Source of the DNA: Camelus ferus
Taxonomy: Eukaryota
Assembly: GCF_009834535.1 (NCBI RefSeq)
Contig: NC_045697.1
Location: 81,656,001-81,720,000, forward strand
DNA: 64,000 bases
Direction of reading: 5' to 3'
Position 1 is the stretch's first letter, and every line of letters begins with the position of its first letter. The notes under the pieces are model-generated. The model was not told where the DNA came from, searched no databases, and worked only from the letters and a program-made list of their open reading frames with translations. The position numbers and the translations under genes are program-made. Of the stretch, positions 50,216 to 63,637 are shown piece after piece.

Positions 50216-50300
50216 TAATTTAATATCAACATCATTTAAATGTTTTGAAACTCAAATATCATGTCATGCTTTATCTGAAGTACTTACTAATCATTCTCTC

Positions 50301-50900
50301 CAGTGGCAGACCAGCAGTGGAGCAGTTAGAGTGGTTTGTCCAGGCTGTGGAAAAGAAGAGGATGCATTGTCTATGAAAAATGTGTAATTAATGATAAAAT
50401 CAACTCAATGTTAACCTGTTTTATTTTTTAAAAACTCATTTTTGTATTGGTGATCTTATTAATATCACTGATTAAATGTTCTTCCTGAAAAAAACAATTT
50501 GTTGGTCAAGAAAACAGCTGTAGGTATTACTGATTGAACATACATAACTGAGCTTCTAATTAGTGCATGTATGTTACTTATACTTTGGTAAAAATTGAAT
50601 TCCATGCAGATATTTGGAGAACTCCCAACAATATAGTGAGCCCTAAAGATAACACAGCTCTGCCACATGAGTTCCCGAGGAGAGTTAGTGCATAATATTT
50701 GAGTGCAGAATCATTTGAGCTTGCTTAGGGTACAAGTCAAATCTCCAAGCCCTGTGGTGCTCCATATTCCATTTTGATATCTGAACAGAAGCAACAATAA
50801 CAGTGACTGTAAATACAAAGAAACAGAACTTCCATTACTTCAATGAAATCACTGTTTGTGCAGAGCATTCTTTGAATCTTGTAGAGTGCACTTTTTGGAA
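50301..50900 (+). mobile_element. Arthur1-like hAT-Tip100 DNA transposon 5' part
   Basis: cagtggcagacc...gatgcattgtcta...tttgttggtcaag...gcttctaattagtgcat...ggagaactccca...acagtgactgtaaatacaaagaaacagaact match recalled Arthur1. Confidence 0.7.
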
Positions 50901-51259
50901 GTGTTTTTCATTTTGTATTCATGTGCTTTTTCAACAATACATTAATATAATAAAAATCCTTTACCTTTCCCATTTCTTATACTGTATGATTATTTTCAGT
51001 TATATATATATATATGTTTTTCTTGATTTATGTATTTATTTTTACTTGTATGGTAATTAATATAAAAAATAATTCCTGTTTTCCTTTTCTGGACATTGCT
51101 ATTATTTGACTTTTCTCATGATTATTAGTAGAGAAGTTGGTTAAAAATGATCTGCTAACAAAAGTTTCAAATATTCCCTGCTCCTTCTTTAGGGAAGTCA
51201 AGCTATGGAGTAGAGATAATAGGAAGGGTTTTCCAAGGTTATACATTTAATAATATATT

Positions 51260-51352
51260 TCTCTTCTCTCTCTTTCTCTCACATATATATATGTGTGTAT
51301 GTTCATATACACACATGTATATACACACATATATATACACACACATATATAT
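51260..51352. repeat. (TC)/(TA)/(CA) microsatellite
   Basis: Read directly from the sequence. Confidence 0.85.
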
Positions 51353-52996
51353 TTAAATAAGATAAAAGTGTTTGGGTTACCTGTGAAAAGTATGTTTCAT
51401 TATTTTATCCTTAAATTTACCTTTCTGAGTCAGTAAAACTCTAATATCTCAATATTTTATGTCTAACTACAATTACCAAAATGACATGAGTATTTGTTTT
51501 CATTTTCGCCTTCTTTCTTTCTATTTTCTGTAAGCTGTCTCTACAAACACTTCTAAAAAAGGAAAAATGGCCTCCAGCACCTGTCTCGTTTTGAGAGGCA
51601 AGATCTTATCACTGACAGCTAATCAATAAAAACAAATGAAAAGTAATAACGTCAGACTTGGGAAGTAAGGTTTTTATCCCTAGCCTGAGGCGAGGGTTCA
51701 CCAATATGCTAAAATCAATCAATCTTTCCCTCAGACTGAACCTAAATTCTAATCATTAAATCTTTAAAAGTACCATATGCAGAGCACCCTGCTGCTTGCA
51801 CTCGGAGCACAAAATAGAACAGACTGTCACTGCTGTTCTCCCCCTCAGGCCCTCATAACCAAGACAGATCACCACTCAGGATAACACCTGACCCTAAGAG
51901 TAGAGGGAATGAGGCATCCGCACAGCTTTTCTTGCTAAACAGATTATAAGCAACCTCCTTGCACCCACTGTGATGAAAGTCATTCTGAGCTTTCTGAGAA
52001 GCAAGCAGTAAGCTATATGCAAAGCTGGATGGTGATCAAATACCCTGGAAATAATGGCCAAAGGGCTGGAGGGGGACTAGCATGTGCTTCATCATGTATC
52101 ACCAGTAAGACAGAAAGCAAAATGCATGTCTTTGCATGTCTTTGCTGTTTACTTCATCAAACGAGAGAAACAAAAATCATAAAAGCTTCAAAATAATGTT
52201 TGGAAATTTTCTTGTATATGCTACTTGCATACATTTGATTCTTCAAGAAAATGTTAAAAGACCATTATTCTTGGCATGAGTCTGCCCTGAACCTTGCCCT
52301 GTAGCACTCTTCACAGAGTTGTCCTAACCATCCAACACAGCTAATTAGAATACCAATGCACTTGGAAGAAGTCAGATTATGCAGTATGAAAAAGGATATT
52401 TGGCAAAATTAATAAGACATACATTCTCATAACAGCTCCAAAACAATTTTATTCATTTTATTCACTAATTCCTTCTTAAATATGATAGAATAAATGTTTA
52501 CTTACTTACCTTCATGTAATCAGATTTCAATTACTAAGATAATCATGGTTCTTTCTTACATAATTTCTCACAGGAAAAGTGAAATACAACATTTAGCATA
52601 TACGGTATTTGCCAGTGACAGCTGTGGCAAAAATTATTTCTCTGCAGAATGGGTAAAAAAATAACTTAGATTTCTACAGTTCTATTCATTTTATTCTAGC
52701 ATGTTAACAGGTTAAGCTATTTGGTTTGGTTTTCATTTTATCTTCTTCTGGCATTTTTCCCTCCACCTTTGAGGAAAAAATGCTAAAACTTTGATTTCTA
52801 TTCTGGAGAGCAAAAAAAGAGAAAAACATCTTATTTCAGAGCAAAGTGACTGCACCTGCAGCAATGATGCTGACAACAACCAACACCATGAAGAGCCCGC
52901 CTCTGTCTCCTTTCCAAGGCTTCCACATTCACGTTCCTGAATGTAGCTGTCTTAATTCTATGATGTTCTTCATAATTTGGTCACAGAATTAATTCA

Positions 52997-53165
52997 GAGA
53001 ATCAGAGTATTGGATCTAGGTAGGCCTGGAGAGCATCTAACTTTATGCCTTATACCACTGAGGCACCTGAGGCACAGAAAGGGTAAGAGTCTTAGGCAGA
53101 ATCATAAAAATTCATTTTTTCAGTTACCTGCAATCAAACCGACCTAAGTTTACTGCCATCTGGAT
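52997..53165 (-). mobile_element. MIR/MIR3 fragment
   Basis: 'ggcctggagagcatcta...actgaggcacctgaggcacagaaagggtaagagtc'. Confidence 0.6.
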
Positions 53166-53193
53166 GCTGTTAGCTCAATCTGTGTTCTATTTT

Positions 53194-53248
53194 TCTGTCT
53201 GTCTGTCTGTGTATGTATGTACATACGTACGTATCTATCAATCTATCA

Positions 53249-53296
<48 letters not shown>

Positions 53297-53309
53297 GTCT
53301 ATCTATCTA
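53194..53309. repeat. Compound tetranucleotide STR (TCTG)(TATG)(TCTA)n
   Basis: Long uninterrupted TCTA run preceded by TCTG, TATG and TCAA variants. Confidence 0.95.
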
Positions 53310-53320
53310 CACAGTGGGTA

Positions 53321-53714
53321 TGTAATGACCAAGTGTTCACATTTACCCATTATGGACCCACTGGCTTGACTTGATTACACTGTAGCAAGTCTCCCCTTAC
53401 AGGCTCACTCCTCAGCTTAAGCAAGCACAAAGAAGCAAAACATCCTCCTTTGAAGGCTCATTCTAAGAAATGACTGACTGCAGAAGGGAATATATTCCTG
53501 TTAAATAGCCCTATCATGCCATCAGGCTCACCTCCACCTGCTTGCCCCACTCCACCACAAAGTGCCTGCTATCTCTGCTTACATTTCTCTATAAAAGAAA
53601 AGTCTTTTTTTTCTGTTCAGTTTGGGGACATTTCTGGATCTAATGTTCCAAGCATTCTCCCTTTGTTGTTTATTTGAAGTAATAAATGTCCCAAATGCTA
53701 TTCTCAAAATTACA
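53321..53714 (+). mobile_element. Probable ERV LTR (family unassigned)
   Basis: Starts tgtaat, TATA 'ctataaaag' (~53589), 'agcattctcccttt' and AATAAA (~53681), ends attaca. No clear TSD. Confidence 0.5.
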
Positions 53715-54667
53715 AACTTCTTTTTAAAGAGTAGTTTCTACCTACCAGTTACCAACTCATCCCTTTCCATACTCCTATATTCTGAGTTTCACACTTTGAG
53801 TTCATAAAAACTGCTCTCTTCAAGCTCACAAGCCTGTTCTAATACCCCATTCTCAATTCTCAACCTGCCTGTACTCATACCATGTATTTATACTTTAACT
53901 GCCCCTTTCATCTAATATATATCTTGGTTTTCATGAAAATAATATTTATTTCTTTTTCCCTTGTGACTTTATCTAACAATATAATCTACCAGGGCTTTAA
54001 GTCTTCATTCATTTCCTCTTCTCTTCTGTTGAGGCATTCTGATTTGGTCACAATTGATAAAAGTATCTTTCATTGCTTCTTACTCTTGGAAAAATCATAG
54101 TTCTTTTTTCACCTGGAGTTTCCTTTCAAAAAAGGTCTACTTTTCATGATCTTTTGGGATATCCAAAATATAACTTTTTATCTTTACAGGTAAATATATA
54201 GTCTACATGCTGACATTCAATCCAAAATTTTGACCATTTAAGTCAAAATGATTGATATTTCCACAGAAATAAATGAACATATGCAAACTGTTAAAGATGA
54301 GCTAATGTAATGTACAGTAATGTAATGAACATTCAAATAGCTTCTGAAAGCTTATATACTTTTATAAAGTATGATATCTCTCCACAAAGTTTTCTATATT
54401 GAACTACATATTTTATAATTTCTCCGACATCCTTAAGCAGTGGTGGCTCTATGGCAATCTAACTTAGAAGTGAATTTTTTCCCTATGTGGCTTACAAATA
54501 TCCTCCTTGTAGCTATTCCACCAGATGAAAATAAATCTGTGAAACAACAAATTATTTCCTCCAGGAACTTTGTGGATTTTAAAATTTAAATGTCAGCAGA
54601 CTGTGACTCAATTCCAAACCAAGACACATATTAGCAGGACAACAACCACATTTTTTTTTAATATTTG

Positions 54668-54872
54668 CAGAATTGTTCCTCAAATATAGGCCCACAGATC
54701 ACTTATATCAGACTCACACATGGGATGTGTGTGTGAATATTTTAAATACAAATCCTTGGGCTCCACACAAAACATCTCAGTTATAACTTCCCGGGTGGAG
54801 GCTTGAAACTTGTTTTTATAATAGGCTATGCTGGGATTCGTCCCGTGTATGTTAGTGTATGATCATCACTGA
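54668..54872. mobile_element. MER5-like hAT-Charlie MITE
   Basis: 'ttcctcaaatataggcccacagatcacttatatcaga...aaatacaaatccttgggctccac...atcatcactgatc'. Confidence 0.65.
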
Positions 54873-56832
54873 TCCTGAGGAATGAATTAATTTAACTCAT
54901 ATCTGCCACTCCCTAGAGGGTGTTAAGAGAGAACACAATCAGTGAGTAAGCTCACTATTTAGCCCAATAAAGCACATCAGATTTAGGTCTTCTGAGTTTT
55001 AAAATCCTCTACTGTCATCCATCTCAAATCCATTAACCCCTATTAACAGTAAGGACCCTAGAAGACACCCCATCGTTGCCCCCGCTTGGTAGGGTGGCAG
55101 AGACAGCCTCAGCGCCCTGCCCACCAGTTAGGGAGTAGTCATGCTTCAGGTTTCAGTCCTTTCAGCAGAAGCAATAGGTCTTTCCCTGCAGCTTTTGTAC
55201 TCATACAACCCGAAGTCCTAGCCAGTCTTCCTGGAGCCCATGTCCTGAGATAAATCACCCATCCTAACATCTGTTTTGAAGATGAAATGGGAATTATTCT
55301 ACTCGAAAGATACTGTAAAATTCTGCATGTTGACATCTTTAGATCCACTGGGTAAGTTTCAATCCTCTATATATCCTTTAAATATTTTTGTACATTATTG
55401 TGAGTTCCTATAAAAATTTTGCATTCCAGGTTAAGAACTATATCTGGTATAAACTTCTGAGCCTTTGAAGAGACAATTTTTATCCTATTCAACTAATTCC
55501 CTAGTCAGGCCAGTCATTTCACATGACTTAATCTAAGTTTTCCTCATTTGAAAATGATGTTTAGCTAAACTTCAGGCTTCAAAATCAATTAATTCAATTT
55601 ATTGCTGTATCCCAACTCCCAAAACATAACAAAGTGGTGTATTAATATTGCTTAATTTGTATTGGAATATCCAGATGAAAGACTAAGAACATGCACTAGG
55701 GAGCAGCAAATCAGTCACCAAAATGATTTTGAAATTAATTGGATATTAAACATTTTTTAAAAATAAATCATTATAGAAAATAAAATTTTATTGGGGCATT
55801 TTACTTTTCTTGAACAAATATTAAACATGTTTAGTCACTGAATTAATAGCTCCACAATAATTTTTATATTTGGGGCAGCTAAATGCTTAATCATACTTTG
55901 CTAATTTCTTATGAGTACAGTTTGATTTAGTCATCTATTCATTGATTACATCAGGAATAACTACATAAATTGAACAATTAGTACTGGCATTTAATTTACA
56001 ATAGGTGCTTGAACTTATGACCTAAGTTAATATATTGTCATTCTGTACAAAAAACATTCTTATACAATTGTTTTTCATGACTTGGCAGACCTGCTATTCT
56101 ATTTGTGAATATATGGTCATCACCACATAATACTGCATTTGTATAAAGCTGGCCAAATGTGGTCAGCTAAAATGATACAGGTTCTCTAGCTATAAAATGT
56201 ACATAAAAAACTGCTGAAATTTTACAAATATTTATAGAAATAATAAATAACAATCATGGGGTTAAATTTAGATAATTGTTAATGACTGAGTCATAATTTA
56301 AAATCAGGTAAAAAGGTAACTTCAAGATAATACTATTTTAATCAATAAATCATAAAGAAACCCTTATGGTAAGCTAAGATAGAAAAACAGGAAGGCAAAA
56401 TATTACAGCCAAGTAGAATATATGAAATATGGAAACTCCATATTATCAAAAGGGATATTCTATATGCATAATAATTTCAATCCAGTGTTTTCAGACTGGT
56501 GTGAAGTAAGTTTTCCAAGGTTACATCAACAAGAATATAACTAATAGCATAATAAAATAAGAATATTATTATTACAGTATAAGGTAGCCATTTCTTCCAG
56601 TTTTACTGATTTGCTGTTTTAATGCTTTTCAGATGATTCAACCCTAATCATTAGAAAAAGGCGATATATTTTACATCCTATCTGCAAAACATCCAAAATG
56701 AGACAGACTGCATCACTCCTTCTAAAGTAAAACTATAATATGATTCTTATACGAAGAGTGCTATTGATTAGACTTCAAAATATATTTTTTATTAAGTTTA
56801 ACAGTTTTTGCAAGTAGGTGGTGAATTTGTTA

Positions 56833-56833
56833 T

Positions 56834-56869
<36 letters not shown>
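56833..56869. repeat. (TA)n(CA)n microsatellite
   Basis: Read directly from the sequence. Confidence 0.95.
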
Positions 56870-57659
56870 TATGTATGTCAATTATATTTTCATACCTAAC
56901 CTTTCCCTTGCAGTAACCAACAACATAAATTTGTGAAAGGGATTATTGTAATTACGGTACAATCTACAGTAATAATTTCCCCTCTGTACAAAGCTAACTG
57001 GAATCCATATGGGGTGCCTTGTTGGAGTGAGTTTGATTAACATCCAATAAAATAAGAAAAGCAATTTTAGCTAAGTCTTCTCATGAACTTAACATGATGG
57101 ATGAATAATGGCTACAAAGCAGAAGTCTAAAGCAGAGATGAAACAGTTAACATGTGTACACAAGGTGCTGATGAAATGAGGACATAATGAAAGTGAAATA
57201 AAGAAGAAACTGAAAGTTTAATGCTAATATCTGACATAGTATGATCTTAATAAACATTTTCAAATAATAAAAAGAGTCTTATTAATTTGGGAATTGGCAA
57301 GAAATAAGAAAGACAATGTGATCATAAATCTTTATGCTAGAGGTAACAGCATAAAAGCATAAAAATTTAAAATGAGTAATTGATAAATTAGGCAGTTAGT
57401 AATAAAATACATATATTTTCACTTAAAATAAAATGTATAAAACATCTGAGGCATAAAATATAATATCTGAAAATCAATACAAGTTCATTCACCATACCCT
57501 CTTCCATTAAATGTAATTTCTACTTTCATTTATCTTCCTTTGTCTCTCAGTCTCATCAAACATCTTAAAAATCAGTACATGTTTAAGGTCTCTACTTTCC
57601 TCTTTCCTATTCACTTTTCAATTACTGCAAAAATTTTCGTGGCCCTCCACACTTACATT

Positions 57660-58070
57660 TCCCGCTTCAACACTGATGTTTTCGAATCTACAGCTTCAGC
57701 CCAGACCTCACTATTGGGTGTCTGACCTACATTTTCAGTTTAGAGCATTATTAATACAAAAAAATTAACATAATACAAATATAACTAAACAACCTAATCA
57801 CCATTTTCCTTCTATCTATATTTTATAGCTATTTCTCCTGTCATTATTAAAGTTCAATAATACTATTCTCTTCTCTTCTTTTCACTTTCCATTAGTCATA
57901 TTTCTTAAATACCTATGTTTTTTTTTCATTCATTCCATTAATCTTGTTTTAATTCATAACTTCTCTAGGATTTTCTATTTTCTGGACTTCACAAAAATTC
58001 AAGCTCTACTATCAGACTGATTTTTTAAAAGACATAATGACCATATTCCTCCCTTAAAAAATCTTTATCT
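57660..58070 (+). mobile_element. L2 fragments
   Basis: 'ctgatgttttcgaatctacagcttcagcccagacctc...gacctacatttt' and 'tgattttttaaaagacataatgaccatattcctccc'. Confidence 0.55.
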
Positions 58071-58489
58071 ATCTATACTGCCATCATGAGATTTTGGATA
58101 AGACTATTTTTAATTTCTATTTGCATAGTGAGTAAAGTGTAATAGTTGCTTTGTAATCTTTTTTTCTTTTTTTCAGTATTATTATAATCTCATTGGTACT
58201 CACAGTTCAGTTAAATCTGGGGAAAATTAAAACACATATACAAAAGCTCAGGTTGTAACAGGACAGGCATTGCCAATAATGGCAAAAACTTTGCACTGGC
58301 AGGAACATTTGCTCTGTGGACATTTTACCGCAAAAAGGCTAAGAGGGAGGAAGATATTAGTAGATATGCATTGTGCCAAATGTGGTAAAATCAATATAAA
58401 TTAGGATGTAATACATGGTAATCTTGTTATTTGGATAGTTACATGGGTAATTATTTTACTCCTATCTCTCTATTACTAGTAATTCTCTT

Positions 58490-58760
58490 TTTCATTCATT
58501 CAATAAGTACTTTCATGGATTTCCATTATTTCTTAGGCACTATTCTAAGCATGGAAATGCATGAGGAAGACATTCAAATCAAGAGTAGAGGATTTAATGG
58601 AGTAGAATCATAAAGATACAGGAATAGGATAAGGTAGAGAAGATCATTCTAGCTAGAGGGAGTAGAAAAGGCTTTCAGTAGCAGTGTCTGGTGTGCACAG
58701 TAAGCAGAAAGACCAGTGTGGTTGGACATAAAGGGAAGTCAAAATAACTGGCTGAGTTTT
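58490..58760 (-). mobile_element. L2 3' end
   Basis: 'ttcattcattcaataagtactttc...taggcactattctaagca' is the antisense L2 terminus. Confidence 0.65.
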
Positions 58761-59207
58761 TGATTTGCTGGATTAAAGCTTTAGAAGACTAGCCCTAAAA
58801 CTGAATGACCGAGGAATTTGAAGAGTCAGACACTTCTTCTTTTAGCCCGTATGTCCTCAGATATAACTGAAGATGACCTAAATAATCAGCCATTATGATT
58901 TTAAAAGAGTGCCAGAGGGACCCTTAAACGCAAACCTTGGATGTGAGAATTATAATGGAGGGCTTTATCTTAGTGAGCTGGAGAATTTCGTTGTTTGAAT
59001 GCTCCAATGTGTAAATCTTCCAAATCTGTGTGCATCAAATCATTTATAATTCACTCTTTTAAAATATTTCTTCCCAGAATCACTCTTCCTCCTTCTGTAT
59101 CTTTGAGAATTCTACCAGTAACTCAGGATAGAGTATTTTCAGTCATATTTTACTCTTCCTACGTAAACTGTTAAAACATCATATCTTACTGATTTCAACA
59201 GTAACAC

Positions 59208-59608
59208 TGTAACAAAGAAGAACAAACCTGTCTCCATATTGGATCTGTTCCTTTAGCTGTAACCCTGTGCTCTGTTGACTGTGCTTAGCCATGTTGGCTC
59301 TGCACCTTTGTAAAACAATGTTGCCTATAGCATGAAATATACATGATAGCCCATTATCTAGGCTCTGCCTCCCTTTAAAGGTATAATGCTTTTCCACAAG
59401 TTGCAACAACCAGCCACACTCCCTCCCTTTTTAATATAAAAGAAGCCTGAATTCTCACTCAGGTAAGATGGTTCTTTGGGACCCTAGTCTACCATGTTCT
59501 CAGTCTTCCGCCTTTCTGAATAAAATCGCTATTCCTTGTACACACACCTTGTGTCTCGATTTATTGGCTTGTCCTGAGGTAAGCAGTGCAAACTTGGACT
59601 TGCTAACA
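59208..59608 (+). mobile_element. ERV1-class solo LTR (MER41-like)
   Basis: tgtaaca...tataaaagaagcc...aagatggttctttggga...gaataaaatcgctattccttg...ttggacttgctaaca, with TG...CA ends. Flanks acac / atat may be a decayed 4-bp TSD. Confidence 0.8.
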
Positions 59609-62401
59609 ATATTCATTCTAATATATATATTTTAAATATAATTCTTAATTTTAGGAATAGATAAGGGCACATATAATCAAGCTTCATGATCACACATTAA
59701 ATAATTTTATAACCAAAATATAAATAGCATACCATTCACTGTTTTCTGTGATTTCCTTCTCTACACATCAGCTAATACTCCAAGGCACTCCAGCAAACAT
59801 ATCTGTGTTTCACAAAGGATTGACCTTTTGTATAACTGGAGTAGATTTCCACAATACGCTGTGAAAGCTCTTAAAACTCAAAATAATGTCAGGCGCTGCC
59901 TCTCCTAAGTGTCTGAAATTGAACCATAAATATTTGGCTTAAATGACATACTTATGCAAACAAATGCCAATATATAGTGACATGAGGTTTTTTTTCCCTT
60001 TATGACTAGCATTGACCATGAGATGGAAAGTTTGATAAAAGAGATGTCAAAAATCGTATTTGGAGAGCACTGCCTCAGGAGGGTAGACCTTAGAGAGTAG
60101 TTGGGTGTTATACATTAAGCATCCAGAATAACATAGGCAAACTTAGGACTGTGGGGGCCTAATTATCAGGAGAGGGCAGCAAAGTTTTAAGTAAGTTTTA
60201 CTTAAAATTATTTTAGCAGAACATGTATTAAAGCAACTGTTCTTTGAATATTTCTTTTCTGTTTATTAAAGTGATTTCCACCAGTAAGATAGTGTGACTT
60301 TAAATAGGCAAGTAGTTCTATATGAAGGTTTTAAGGGAAGATTATTGGTTTCGAGAGGCATGTAGAGATCTGGGTTATCAATTTTATCATCTTGCATTTA
60401 CCAAAGTGGCTCTGGAGATGGGGACACAAAGATAGCTATGAGGGGATTCAGTGGAACTCTCTGAAGACAAGGATTGACCTCTACCTCCAGTGAAGCAGAG
60501 AAGGGAATGCTGAAGAGACGGGTATTCATATGAATATTTAAGCATGCCACATAACGTGATATTATAGACAATGTTCCTACAATTTGTCTTTCTTTGCCTC
60601 GTATACTGTAAGCTTTGTGACCTGCACTTTAAATTATTTGCCCTCTCTGGAGATTTATGCTTAAGATAAAATGCTGCTTAGTTATATGGTATGACATTGA
60701 TTTAAAAATCCCTCTATTTCAAACTTTCTCCTTTGAGCACTTTTTATTACAGTATATTTTTAAAAATGACTCTGCTGCCTCTGCATAGTACTGTTTTGTT
60801 ATAACAAGGTTTTTGTACATGATTTCAAATTAAAGTCACTTTAAAAATTGATTCTAGTTCCCAGCGACAGTTCATGCAATTAAAAATAAAGTTCCTATAG
60901 TTCACACAGGACTGATACTGTAAAATGCCCCCTTAAGCATCAGGTCTTGTTTATTAATACCTGTTTTTCATTTAATAGACAGCTGTTATGACAACTTCAA
61001 CATCAATGCAAACAACAGACAATTGTGTATTACTTTATGGACATCGCCACGAGTGTGTGTGCATACGTGGGTGTGTGTGTGTATCTTATAAATGCACATA
61101 TTCATGGAGGTTATTGTGTACAAATTTTATTTGGAAAGATTCTACCTTGGTATGAGCAGGCAGTTTCAAATTTTCCATACTTCATAAATCATTCATACAT
61201 TCACATCTTGTCCATTTCTGTTTTGTTTATTTAGCACTGTGATGTGGTGATGAGCATTATTGAGAGGAAAGAGGTTCTTTGTCAAAGGGGGACAAGTTGT
61301 GGAATAAAAGGTTGCAATCATAACTTTGAGTTTCTTCAAAAGTAGAGATGAATCCAAATGACTTCACTGTCAAGAGAGTGATTACCATGAGAACTAAGTT
61401 CCATTTGTGACTGGACTTAACATTACAGAAAGCTTATGATCATATTAGGGTGTTTACCATTTTTAGTTCTAATCAATCTTGCATTGGTAGTTTTTTGTGC
61501 TAATATTAGTCAAGTTAAGCCACAGTAATGAAAAAATGATTAAATAACATTTCTCAATTGTTTAACACTAAACTTGCTGATCTTCTTTTGAAAGATATAT
61601 TTTTTTAGGTGTATAATAACCCCTAGAATGTTAAATAATGTCTCAATGAATGACTATGATTTAGATAAGGCCAAAATAATTATGCTTAACAATGATGCAT
61701 CATCAAAAATTCTTTTAAAACATGCTAAGAAGGACTGTTGCCAATAGAAGGAGAAATAAGCCTTTTTCTTCTTTAAAGAATATAGATGAAATTGGCTTCT
61801 GTATCACACAGAGAGGGTTCTCAATACATGTGATGTGTTATGCCTCTGTCTCTACTACTTACTGTAATGTCTATTGAATATCTTAATACATTTTTGTGAG
61901 TTCTTATCAAAACAATAATAATAACATAGAATGACAATCATAAAGATTCCATGCAGGTAATAAATATAGTAACATTTCTTTCATCTTTTTTGCTTTAATC
62001 TTAATCAGTGAATTAAATTTTATATAAAACAATACACTATGTAACTTGTACCCAATGCAATTATTCTTCTAAAGAAAATTCTAAATACAACAATACAAAA
62101 ATAATTACAAACTATATTAAATAACATGATAACTATTTTACTCAAATTAGATATTCTTATTATTCTAAGAAGCATAGTGCTATTTTTACTTTTTAAAGAA
62201 ATTACGGGGAAGAAAAGAGAAGATTGTAGCTTCTTCTTGAGAAAGATTCTTAAGGCACAGGGGATGAAAAATATTGTCCAATGCTGTTGCAATGTCTAGA
62301 GTAAGGACAAAGCATACCTTTGGCTAGGGTCCCATTCATAATATCTAGCTAATCTTAATAAGGTACCTATTGTTTTTTAAAAATTGATTAAAGAAGATAG
62401 A

Positions 62402-62560
62402 AGGCAGAATAGTGTAACAATTTACAGCAAATAATTTAGCCACATAAGCAGGGTTAACATTCTTACCAGAGCTATGTAATGCCGAGTAAATTATGAAATC
62501 TTTCTGTGCCTCAGTTTATCTATATAAATGGGATAATAATATCATTTATGAGAATTAATT
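62402..62560 (+). mobile_element. MIR
   Basis: 'ggcagaatagtgta...tttctgtgcctcagtttatctatataaatgggataataata'. Confidence 0.75.
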
Positions 62561-63334
62561 ACAAATGACTGATATTACTATTATAATGAAATGATGACTG
62601 AATGCAATTTAAGGAAATGGAGAGGTCTGGTACTGCATATGTTTTCAGCATGTATATTAATAACTAGTTACCCATGATTCACTCTTGCATATGAGTTGAA
62701 ATACTCATGGAACACAGAGATACATAAAGTAGATTACTGAATCAATGAATATTGATAAATAACTCTCCAGAAGGTTATCCACCAATTATGTATATGGACA
62801 GAATCATGAGTTGAAAGAGTGATATCAAGAAGAAAGTCTGTAGATTTCTATTCATGCTTTCTGCATATGTAGTCTTTTTACCTCAGAGATCCTAAACTGG
62901 CCAGGGCATTTTACACACATGCTATATTTCATCAATACGTATCTTTCCACATCTACTCAGGGACTAAAATCACCAATGACACAAAGCTTTACATTTTTTC
63001 CCTGATTTTATTTTCAAAGTACTTTAGGATATAGGATGAAAGTAAGTACTATCAATTTATGTATTTAAACATTTTATACCCTAAAAAGACAAGACCAGTG
63101 AAGAGGAAGAATAGTGTAACAAAACTTAAAGATGTTAGCAGTTTTTAAATTGGGCTTTGATTTCAAAGAACCCAGAGTGAACAGAGAACCATGTAGCACA
63201 AGATTAGCTCACACAGTCCCACCACCCCTCAGAGCTGGCACTAGTTGATGACTGGCTTCAGTCATTTTTTTAATAACTGTCATATCATTTTAATAAGTAA
63301 AAGTGGACTTAGATTGTTAGAAATTGATGGGAAC

Positions 63335-63637
63335 TGCTATGGTCTGAATGTGTTCCCTCTAAATCCGTATGTTGAAATCATTATGCCCAATATCATGATA
63401 CTAGTAGGTGGAGCCTTTGGGCGGCCCTCATGAATGGGACCCTATGCAGATCCCTATCCTCTTTGCCCTGTGAAAACGCAATGAGAAGTCGGCAACTCAG
63501 AAGAGTGCCCTTACTCGACCATACTGGTACACCTGTCTTAAGACTTTCAGCCTCTAGGACCGTGAAAAATAACCTTCTGATTTTTATGACCTAACCCAGT
63601 TTGTGGTATTTTGTTACAGCAGTATGAACAGACAGCA
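63335..63637 (+). mobile_element. MLT1A-like MaLR LTR
   Basis: tgctatggtctgaatgtgttccctc...tatgttgaaatc...ggtggagcctttggg...gactttcagcctctaggaccgtga...cccagtttgtggtattttgttacagcag. Confidence 0.88.

Noticed and set aside
51281..51352. Apparent hairpin
   Set aside because: A trivial consequence of alternating TA/TG/CA microsatellite sequence.
55078..55092. CTCF-like site
   Set aside because: The reverse complement ccaagcgggggca mismatches key core positions; too weak to call.
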